Shown in pieces: positions 54,770-64,000 of a DNA stretch of 64,000 bases. Made by a program: the position numbers and the translations under genes. This DNA is from Octopus bimaculoides (taxonomy: Eukaryota). Below the pieces are notes generated by a model. It searched no databases and was not told where the DNA came from. It was given only the letters and a program-made list of their open reading frames with translations. The first letter of the stretch is position 1; each line of letters opens with the position of its first letter. The stretch is from positions 163,219,458 to 163,283,457 of the forward strand of contig NC_068983.1 in the NCBI RefSeq assembly GCF_001194135.2, written 5' to 3'.

Positions 54770-55574
54770 ATATATATATATATATATATATCTATCTATC
54801 TATCTATACAGGCGTGTAGGTTAGGTACTTGTGTATGTTTTTAATGCCAATATGATATTCATTTACAAAACCAAAGTATAACGCCTTTCTTAGTATGTGA
54901 TATCACTTGTTAAATTATATTTTTATTTTCATTTATCACGTATTATTGCAATGCGTGATTAACCAGTCTGATTCAGGGGTGATCTATACATTTTATTAAG
55001 ATTTGCACTTGAGAAATATTAGTTTTATAATATATTACGACTTTCGTGTAATAGTCATTTTACTAAACAGACATCGGAATGACTATATCTGAAATAGAAT
55101 TTATTCATCTAATTCTACTTAATAACAGAAAGCTACGAAGCTGCAAGTCATAAATTTCTTGCTTTACCAGAAATACAATATTGCTTTGCATGAATCAAGA
55201 GAGAAAAAAATGATGTTTGGAATGTAGTAATCATGTTTTTCATTGATCGAGGCCTCCGTAGTAGAAATGACATTTATACTACATTGTCTAAAGTTTGTTT
55301 TGAAAGCACAGATATTCCAGCAGATAATGACAGCAGCTAAATTCACAGATTTAATTAGAGTTCCAAGTGTGGTAATATATTCCAGACGGCATTTACATTC
55401 ATTGTAAGTAATGTTTTCAACTTTATGTAACCGGAAAAGAAACTTGCTGAGTTTCACACCATCTGATTAGGAAGCATTCATGCATATAAACACAGACCTA
55501 TGGACATGTGTTAAAACCAGTATACGCAGGCACACACATGATTTGTTTGTGCTTAAAAGAGTAAATAGTTGACT

Positions 55575-55922
55575 AATGTGAGGAGACCACCCCTTCGGTC
55601 ATGAATGACCATGGGATTGCACCTAGAAAGTTACCCTCTGAGGCACAAGTCCGGGCAAGGTGGCTTATGGAAGGCCAGCAGTCACCCAAGCATACCAGCC
55701 CTCCCCTTTGCACACCATTGATGTTATCCAAGGGAAAGGCAAAGGGGCCGATACAGCTTGGCACCTGTGACGTCGCAACTCATTTCTACAACTGAGTTAA
55801 CTGGAGAAACGTGAAATAAAGTGTCTTGCTCAAGAACACAACATGCAGCCCAGTCCGGGAATCGAACTCACAACCTCACCATCGTAAGCTCTACGCTTTA
55901 AACACTGAGCCATGGGCCTTCA
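55575..55922 (-). mobile_element. tRNA-derived SINE, family D, full length
   Basis: Reverse-complement head gtgaaggcccatggctcagtgtttaaagcgtagagcttacgatggtgaggttgtgagttcgattcccggac (A and B boxes), then a tgtgttcttgagcaagacacttt core. Confidence 0.88.
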
Positions 55923-55980
55923 CTAATACTACTGAAAAATTCGTAATGAGCCTCAAGACGTATATCAACTACCTGTTTTA

Positions 55981-56117
55981 CAAGGGGTTCAACCATCTAT
56001 GGACCCATTTCATTACTATGGTTTATTCCCAATTTAATATTTTGCCTGTGTGGAACCCGACCCCAAATCTTATATGGATCCTCATAGAACATATAGACCC
56101 CGTTTGAGAACCACTGT
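55981..56117. mobile_element. Possible hAT-type MITE
   Basis: Ends caaggggttcaacc and ccgtttgagaaccactg resemble CAGTGGTTCTCAA-type TIRs; the left end is degenerate. Confidence 0.4.
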
Positions 56118-56499
56118 GCCACACAATCCAATGTAGGATCCTGTACGCTGTCTCTCGGCGAGACAAGTTAGCTGGAAAACTACCATTCAGAAAATATTTT
56201 ACCCACGTGGAAAGATGAAAATAAACCGCTGGATATGTTAGTCCTGAATGAAGTATGAAGGAAAAAGAAGACGTGCGATGTTTCTTCGTGATAGAGAAAC
56301 TCTACCTTTTACCGAGGTCTTCAGAACGTCACATCTCTGTATACACAAAATTGTTAAGTTAAAGATCATTCACCTTCGGAAGTGCGATGATATATATTTC
56401 CTGTAGAAAACCACACCAAGCAAGGCCTGTAAGCTTTAGACTCTAGTTTAGATTTATCAACAGTTTTAAAGATATTATACAAGTGAGTGAGCAAAGTGT

Positions 56500-56760
56500 T
56501 TTTTTACAATGTTCTCATTATTATTTGACCATATTCGAAGAAGCAGAAGTCTGGAAAACATTATCAATGAAGGATGAGAGGAGTGTAGTAGATCAAGTGG
56601 CAGACAAAGAATGCAATGGATGGACAATACCAAGAGATTGTTGGATAAAAGTGGCAAGACAGCTGAAGAACAGGCGCTTCACTGGAAGGAGTTCCGTTGT
56701 AATGTCGTCAATGCCCTGCAGGCGTACGATACATGACAACGATGACGAGAACAGTGTTAG
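56500..56760 (+). mobile_element. RTE-clade LINE 3' fragment
   Basis: Frameshifted HIRRSRSLENII..EG..SRSSGRQRMQWMDNTKRLL, the RTE C-terminal motif. Confidence 0.6.
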
Positions 56761-57206
56761 AATTGTATATAGTGAGATAATCGATAATAAATGAAATCAT
56801 CTTTTTACTCTGCAGGAATTAATCTTGCCATACGTGTCCAATTTCATATTTGATGAATTCAATATCTTTAACGTATTATTTTAGATGGTTTTGTTTATGA
56901 ATTATATAGTTTGAAAACCTGTTATATAAAATAAAAAAAGAGANNNNNNNNNNNNNNNNNNNNNNNNNNNNNNNNNNNNNNNNNNNNNNNNNNNNNNNNN
57001 NNNNNNNNNNNNNNNNNNNNNNNNNNNNNNNNNNNNNNNNNNNNNNNNNNNNNNNNNNNNNNNNNNNNNNNNNNNNNNNNNNNNNNNNNNNNNNNNNNNN
57101 NNNNNNNNNNNNNNNNNNNNNNNNNNNNNNNNNNNNNNNNNNNNNNNNNNNNNNNNNNNNNNNNNNNNNNATATATATGTATGTATATATATATACATAC
57201 ATATAT

Positions 57207-57239
<33 letters not shown>

Positions 57240-57538
57240 TATATATATACACACGCACGCATATATATATATATATATATATATATAATGTATGTACGTG
57301 TGTACGTAAAGGAGATAAAAACGAAAACGATGAAGAGAAAGAAAGAAGTAAAGGGGAAATTATAAGAGAAAAGAAGAGGAGAAAGTCAGGCATAAAGAAT
57401 AGAGAGAGAATATGGTAATTATTTTTAATAAAGGAGAGGCAAAGTGTAATGTATATAAAATGTAAAAGATATAAAAATATATAAAATATTATTTAAAATA
57501 TAAAAATATTATTTACAGTATATGATTTTTAAAATAAA

Positions 57539-57677
57539 GGCCATTTGCCAACATAACATGGCTGTCCTGAAAAGGACGAAGTTACTGTTATTTTAGCTCC
57601 AAGAAACATCGTTTTTACCTGACTGTACGACACGCTATCTGTGTCCCAGGACAGCCACATTATGTTGGTAAATAGCC
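57539..57677. mobile_element. MITE with 31-bp TIRs
   Basis: ggccatttgccaacataacatggctgtcctg versus caggacagccacattatgttggtaaatagcc (4 mismatches). Confidence 0.7.
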
Positions 57678-58859
57678 TTCACTTTAAAGAACTATCACTC
57701 AATGTTTCTCTTTGAGAGATTTAGAAATAATATTTCTATTTTTAAAATATCTCTGACAATAAAAATAAACATTTAAATATATAATATAAAATATATATTA
57801 TAAAACAAAACAATATAACATGAAGATAATTTACTTGAAATATGAAAAAATAAATGAAAATCGATATTTGAATAAATACATAAATGAATGTAATTGAAAG
57901 TAGAGGAAAATGGAGAGAAAGAAAGGAATACAGGAATGAAAACTAGGTAAAATAGCAGGCGTGAGTTTGAGGAAAAGATGAGTGATAGATAATTGAATAG
58001 GAGTCATTTATTAATGAGTCATTGAGGTTTAGGTAGGCTGAATAGATATTGAGAAACCCACATATCATGTTAAGAGTCGCTTGGGCGAATTACTTTAAGT
58101 TTTAAGTGTATATATGTGGCTAGACAAAGAACCACGTGTATGCTAAATCCTACACGACTAGGTGAAAAGCGCTTTATTTAATATGTGACATTAATAAAAA
58201 TCTGTAAATGTACAAACATCCAGATTTCTGAGTACCTTAATTTTNNNNNNNNNNNATATATATATATATATATATAATTCACCCTTGCTTTAGTGGACAA
58301 ATTATTCTTTCTTTATTCTTTATACCTGTCAATATTGTTCTTGCTTTTCCCTTTTAATTTCCACTGATTTCTCTTCCTTTTTTATCTCCTTCATTTCGTA
58401 ACCTTCTCCAATTTCTCCATTTCTCTTTTTCCTCAGTTTACATGTATCTAGAATACTCTTTTTTATCCTTTTGCTTCCTTTCTGATTCTCTCCTAAAATA
58501 ATTATAAAATATCTGGTCATAGTGAGGTGAATGTCGATGCAATGAAATGCTCCTTGAAGATCCGTTGTGATTGAGCATCTATATGCACTTGGAACACCCA
58601 TTGCAGGGCTACAGACAACCATAATGGTGAAACGCGCGTAGGCACTCGTGTTTCTTCTGCTTTGTCCTACATTTGCTTTGTAACTCATAACTACTGGCAC
58701 TACTCAGGATAGAAATTACTAAACCAGTTTACAGAAAACAGACTGGATAATGAAAATATACGTGGCGCTCTAAACAGAACAGACATGCATTTACCTGTGC
58801 ATGTAATTCCTACTTACGACTACAAATGTGTGCGTTTCTGTGTGTATGTGTGTGTATAA

Positions 58860-59109
58860 AACTAGGGTGTTAGAACATCTACATTACCAGAAATAAGAAC
58901 TAAAACGTACATGTGTATACATAATCGTATACACATGTACTAACAGGGATTGTAGTCGTCCGAAAACGCCAGGGAATTCTCGATCGGTGTTTTCGATGGA
59001 TTACAGTCCCTGTCAGTACATAAATATACAATCATGTGCTTTAACTACAGCAGTGTAGCTTTTTAGCTCTTACTTCTAGCAATGTAGGTGTTCTAACACC
59101 ACCCTAGTT
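58860..59109. repeat. 250-bp nested inverted-repeat element (TIR of about 47 bp enclosing two hairpins)
   Basis: Outer arms aactagggtgttagaacatctacattaccagaaataagaactaaaa / tttttagctcttacttctagcaatgtaggtgttctaacaccaccctagtt. Inner perfect 14-bp stem at 58907-58940 and inner 34-bp stem at 58937-59019. Confidence 0.85.
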
Positions 59110-59157
59110 ATATTTAGTGACAATTATAGTTTTCCTTTTTAGTAACATATTGCACAC

Positions 59158-59194
<37 letters not shown>

Positions 59195-59566
59195 NNNNNN
59201 NNNNNNNNNNNNNNNNNNNNNNNNNNNNNNNNNNNNNNNNNNNNNNNNNNNNNNNNNNNNNNNNNNNNNNNNNNNNNNNNNNNNNNNNNNNNNNNNNNNN
59301 NNNNNNNNNNNNNNNNNNNNNNNNNNNNNNNNNNNNNNNNNNNNNNNNNNNNNNNNNNNNNNNNNNNNNNNNNNNNNNNNNNNNNNNNNNNNNNNNNNNN
59401 NNNNNNNNNNNNNNNNNNNNNNNNNNNNNNNNNNNNNNNNNNNNNNNNNNNNNNNNNNNNNNNNNNNNNNNNNNNNNNNNNNNNNNNNNNNNNNNNNNNN
59501 NNNNNNNNNNNNNNNNNNNNNNNNNNNNNNNNNNNNNNNNNNNNNNNNNNNNNNNNNNNNNNNNNT

Positions 59567-59790
59567 GTGTGTGTATGTTTGTATGTCTGTGTTTGTCCCC
59601 CCAACATCGCTTGACAACCGATGCTGGTGTGTTTACGTCCCCGTAACATAGCGGTTCGGCAAAAGAAACCGATAGAATAAGTACTAGGCTTACAAAGAAG
59701 AAGTACTGGGGTCGATTTGCTCGACTAAAGGCGGTGCTCCAGCATGGCCACAGTCAAATGACTGAAACAAGTAAAAGAGTAAAAGAGTAA
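59567..59790 (+). mobile_element. SINE family A/C 3' half (5' half probably in the gap)
   Basis: gtttgtccccccaacatcgcttgacaaccgatgctgg...aaatgactgaaacaagtaaaagagtaaaagagt. Confidence 0.9.
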
Positions 59791-59802
59791 GAGTATATAT
59801 AT

Positions 59803-59925
59803 ATCTGTAAAAATATGTGACACTTATTCGGTGTCACATGTTTTTACAGATAAATTCCTCTATTTACATATTTTTACAGATAAATTCCTCTATTTACATA
59901 TTTTACAGATAAATTCCTCTATATA
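59803..59925. repeat. 21-bp hairpin followed by three tandem 29-30-bp units
   Basis: atctgtaaaaatatgtgacac-ttattcg-gtgtcacatgtttttacagat. Units cat(g/a)tttttacagataaattcctctattta start at 59837, 59867 and 59897. Confidence 0.9.
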
Positions 59926-60130
59926 GTTGGAATTTACAACAAAATAAAACAAAAATAAACAAAAAACGAAGACGGGTGTGTAAACAATAAACGGATGTAT
60001 TAGTTTTATGCTCAGGAAGTGAGAAAGTCGTTTACGTTTCGAGCCTACGCTCTTCAACAGAAAGGAACACAGAAATAAGCAGTGCGAGAGAAAAAAGAAA
60101 AGGTTTAGTGGCTAGCGATCAATCATGGCG
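59917..60130 (-). mobile_element. Penelope-like element terminal (pLTR-like) fragment with hammerhead-like motif
   Basis: Reverse complement is homologous to 46060-46270 and contains ctgttgaagagcgtaggctcgaaacgta. Confidence 0.7.
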
Positions 60131-60889
60131 AATGCCTGACAGAAATGGTAATACAGGAGACCTAGGAAGAAGGGGAGATAAAAAAAAATATGTATATGTG
60201 TGTGTGTGTGTGTGTATCTGTGTGTTACAATGTATGACTCTTTGTATGTAAGTGAATATACCTACAAACACACACACGTTTGTTTATATCATATATGAAT
60301 GTTGATTTTCGATTCTGCATGTATGCGTGTGTTCATATTTATTCAAAAAAAGAATATTGCTTCCTAAATACATGTAGTTGATAATATTTTATAGATATAT
60401 GAGGTGTCTATCAACTGTTCTTCGAAGTTTCGTTTTAGGTGAAATGTCTTTTTCTTTTAAAAAGTTAAATAATAGCCATAACATCACCATTGAACTCGTT
60501 TGTGCAAATGATGAAAGGGAATATAATTTTTTTGTTATTTTCGTGTATGAAAGAACTGAAATAAACACAAACATTTTATTGCAGACATTGTAAATGAGAA
60601 TATTCAAGTCAGGCTGCTATTTCACTCTATACTGTTTCTATATATTTCATATGTTTTATGTTTATAAGTACTTATTCCTATGAATACTTATAAATCCACT
60701 TTGATGTTGTAGCGATGAAATTGGATGTGTGTTTTTGTGTATTTCTACCAATGGTCATGTCTGTCTAAAAAGACGTTGTCCTACGATGTCCTCTCTACGA
60801 TGTTACATCGGAACACTTGAGCTTGTTATACTAACTAGAAGTAAAATTAAAATGAGTGTAGATTGCTCATGTACTTATGCGGAATGGTT

Positions 60890-61250
60890 AGATTGAAAGA
60901 TGGAGGGAGACGGGGAGAAGGGGAGGGGGAGAGAAAAGAACAGAGAGAAAGAAGGAAAGAGAGAGAAAAAGAGAGAAACAGAAAGAGAGAGAAAGAGAGA
61001 GAGAGAGAAAGAGAGAAAGAGAGAAAAAAGAGCAAGACAGAAAGAGAGAGAAAAAAGAGGGAAAGAGAGCGAGCGAGAAAGAGAGAGAGGGGGAAAGATT
61101 GAGATAGTGAGAGAGAGAAAGAGTGAGAGAAAGATAGAAAGAGAAAGAGAAAGAGATAGAGAGACAGAGGTAGAGAGATAGATAGAAAAAGATAGACAGA
61201 TAGATAGATATACAGATAAAGAGAGATAGAGATAGAGAGAGATCAGATCT
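60890..61250. repeat. Polypurine (GA/GATA) low-complexity tract
   Basis: About 350 bp of almost only A/G on the + strand. Similar tracts at 46300-46500 and, as pyrimidine, 12500-12660. Confidence 0.9.
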
Positions 61251-61431
61251 AAAGTACCATTTTCCCGAATTTCTTTAGTAATTCGCCATTTTTAGTAATT
61301 CTTTGGTAATTACTTTTCTTTAGTAATTCGTCATCTCCGTTGTAACCGCGAATACAATATTTTCACTTTTGAACTTGCAATGGTTACCACTTCAGAACTG
61401 CCGATATATTCTTGGCTGAAACTTCACTTTG

Positions 61432-61650
61432 AGCAGTTATTGGTTTAAAAATCTGGCGCAAGGCCAGCAACTTCGGGGTAGGAACTAAGTCGATTACAGC
61501 GATCCCAGTGTTCACCTGATACTTACTTTATTGATCTTGAAAGGATGAAATGCAAAATCAAACTTGGCAGAATTTGAGCTCAGAACGTAGAGATGGACAC
61601 GAATACCGCTAAGCATTTTGTCAGGCGCGTTAACCATTCTGCAAGGTCGC
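61432..61650 (-). mobile_element. SINE family B copy
   Basis: Reverse complement of family B with the aaaccaata-type tail. Confidence 0.85.
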
Positions 61651-61682
61651 CACCTTTCCTTTGAGCAATTTTAACATTTAGG

Positions 61683-62075
61683 TGCAGGCGTGGCTGTGTG
61701 GTAAGAAGCTTGCTTCCCAACCACATGGTTACGGGTTCGGTCCCTCTGCGTGGCACTTTGGGCAAGTGTCTTCTACTATAGCCTCGGTCTGACCAAAGCC
61801 TTGTGAGTGGATTTTGTCGACGAAAATTGAAAGAAGCCCGTCGCATATATATGTGTGTGTATTTGTGTCTGTGATTGTCCCCCACCATCACTTGACAACC
61901 GATGTTGGTGTGTTTACGTCCCCCCGTAACTTAGCGGTTCAGCCAAAGCATCCGATAGAATAAGTACTAGGCTTACAAAGAATAAATCCTGGGGTCGAAT
62001 TGTTCGACTAACGGTGGTGCTCCCACGATGGCCGCAGTCAAATGACTGAAACAAATCAAAGAATAAAAGAAAAAA
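61683..62075 (+). mobile_element. SINE family A/C full-length copy
   Basis: ggcgtggctgtgtggtaagaagcttgcttcccaaccacatggttacgggttcggtccc...aaatgactgaaacaaatcaaagaataaaaga. Confidence 0.93.
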
Positions 62076-62185
62076 AGAATCTAACCTGCTCACATTTGAA
62101 ATTAACTCAGCCATTTATAAAGCCGACAACTAGATGAGGGTTGAGAGGTGACGCTTCATATTCATCTAAGATATCTTGACACTAA

Positions 62186-62838
62186 TGATATTCTTTTCTA
62201 CTCTACGCACAAGGCCCGAAATTATTGGAGAAGGGGTCACTCGATTACATCGATCCCAGTACGCAACTGGTACTTAATTTATCGACCTCGAAAGGATGAA
62301 AGGCAAAGTTGACCTCGGCGGAATTTGTACTCAGAACGTAACGGCAGACGAAATACCGCTAAGCATTTCGCCCGGCGTGCTAACGTTTCTATTTCTTTAT
62401 TGCCCACAAGGGGCTACACACAGAGGGGGACAAAGAAGGACATACAAATGTATTAAGTCGATCACATCGACCCCAGTGCGTAACTGGTACTTAATTTATC
62501 GACCCTGAAAGGATGAAAGGCAAAGTCGCCCTCGGCGGAATTTGAACTCAGAACGTAACGGCAGACGAAATACCGCTAAGCATTTCGCCCGGTGTGCTAA
62601 CGTTTCTTATTTCTTTATTGCCCACAAAGGGCTAAACATAGAGGGGACAAACAAGGACAGACGGAGGAATTAAGTCGATTACATCGACCCCGGTGTGTAA
62701 CTGGTATTTAATTTATCGACCCCAAAATGATGAAAAGCAAAGTCGACTTTGGTGGAATTTGAATCTAGAACGTAACGGCAGACGAAATACCGCTAAGCAT
62801 TTCGCCCAGCGTGCTAACGATTCTGCCAGCTCGCTGCC
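62186..62838 (-). mobile_element. Tandem trimer of SINE family B, period 217 bp, with LINE-like spacers
   Basis: The anchor cgat(t/c)acat recurs at 62242, 62459 and 62676. Only the unit ending at 62838 has the complete head. The spacers at about 62390-62452 and 62607-62670 differ from the usual tail. Confidence 0.92.
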
Positions 62839-62936
62839 TTCCTGATATTAATGTTATCAAAACTCCTCCGATTCACTCCACTCGTGAAATACAAACGAAA
62901 ATATGTCTCAAGTTCCATTAAAATATAAATGATAAG

Positions 62937-63157
62937 CGCATGCGTGGTTGTGTGGTAACAAACTTGATTTCCAACTACATGGTTCTGGGTTCAGTCCCGC
63001 TGCGTGACACTTTCGGCAAGTATCTTCTGTTGTAACCTCGATCCGCCGAAAGCCTTGAGTGGATTTGGTTGAGGGAAACTGAAAGAAATCCGTAGTATAT
63101 ATGTATATGTATATATATATGTACATATATGTATGTGCGTATGTATGTATGTATGTA

Positions 63158-63195
<38 letters not shown>

Positions 63196-63380
63196 TCTAT
63201 TTGTCCTCCAACACTGCTTGATGTGTTGATGTGTTTATGTCCCCATAACTCAGCGGTTCGGCAAAATTAACCGATAGATAAGTAGTAGATTTTATTAAAA
63301 TAAATACTGGGATCGCTACATGCGATTAAATATTCTTCAAGGCGATGCTACAGCATTGCCGCAAGTAAAAGAGAAAAGAA
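62937..63380 (+). mobile_element. SINE family A/C full-length degenerate copy with long internal (TATG)(TG)n
   Basis: Head gcgtggttgtgtggtaacaaacttg, B-box gggttcagtccc, and 3' body gcggttcggcaaaa. Confidence 0.88.
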
Positions 63381-63454
63381 TAGATTAATGTTTCTTAGAA
63401 AATTAATTGCTCGTTAGCTATTTATTTTCTTGGCCTTTCTCCTTGAAATGTCTA

Positions 63455-63691
63455 TTGGATTGGTGCATAATTATTGCGGCTTATTTTCAACAAATTTTAT
63501 TCAACAAAAACAATAACAATATTTAACAAAATCATCTCTAAATGACGGACTGACCGTCTGCAAAGCAAATGGGAAGTAGTGATTGAAGTAGATGGTGAAT
63601 ATACTCCGGAATAATCATTTAAAGGTGTTTTTGTTACATGTTGTTATCGTTTTTGTTGAAAAAAAGCCGTAATAATTATGCACCAACCCAA
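63455..63691 (+). mobile_element. mariner-derived MITE (237 bp)
   Basis: TIRs ttggattggtgcataattattgcggct / agccgtaataattatgcaccaacccaa with TA at both flanks. The interior retains a transposase C-terminus (RLQSKWEVVIEVDGEY). Confidence 0.8.
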
Positions 63692-64000
63692 TATTTTCTG
63701 AGATAACTGAAGCCAATTCTTTTATTGTTTTAATTTAGAATATTTTGTTCCATCAATATGAAGCTAATATCAGTGAAAAAAACCCACTGCTAGTGATTTT
63801 CTTCAAGACATATTGTTAGTCTCTAATTTCATGTATCACATATTACTTCAGATATTTGGATTTATCTTAAAACCACTGGAAGAGAAATCAATGTCCAAGA
63901 AATAGAAAACTGGAAAAATTTCTAATATATTTTGGATGTTTTCTGAAATTTGCAGGATCGTCTTAAATATCCCTGTAATATCTTTAGAGATGAGAAGAAA

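Noticed and set aside
55850-55922. tRNA-like sequences (also 16565-16655 and all SINE heads)
   Set aside because: They have A/B boxes but no complete cloverleaf, and they continue directly into SINE cores.
58329-58700. 123-aa minus-strand ORF
   Set aside because: The C-terminal half derives from a purine-rich low-complexity tract; no family motif and no convincing splice signals.
62186-62838. Regular repeat-spacer pattern suggesting a CRISPR array
   Set aside because: The units are about 150-bp SINE bodies, the spacers are homologous to each other, there are no cas genes, and the context is eukaryotic.

Overview
AT-rich eukaryotic DNA, very probably from an octopus (coleoid cephalopod) draft assembly. 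That assignment is inferred from the SINE families, the microsatellite density and 15 N-gaps. I cannot support any host protein-coding gene, rRNA, tRNA or CRISPR array. The window looks intronic or intergenic and is built from mobile-element remnants. Non-LTR retroelements: three R4/Dong-like fragments in (TAA)n at 0.5-2.5 kb, CR1-like LINE remnants (9.1-10.2, 27.1, 47.8-48.4 kb), a 5'-truncated Tx1/L1-clade LINE (27.45-31.0 kb) with a second 3' copy at 53.8-54.3 kb, and RTE tails. Other retroelements: two Penelope-like (GIY-YIG) lineages and a gypsy gag/protease relic. DNA elements: a TIR-complete Tc1 element, two mariner copies, several MITEs and a Helentron-type non-autonomous element. More than 25 copies of tRNA-derived SINEs are also present. 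Most predicted ORFs are microsatellite or N-gap artefacts. The best leads are a SINE trimer whose ~60-nt spacer matches the 3' end of the Tx1-like LINE, a 250-bp nested inverted-repeat element with a pre-miRNA-like stem, a Penelope-type hammerhead ribozyme motif, and microsatellite-associated retroelement insertions. None of these is proven novel from sequence alone.
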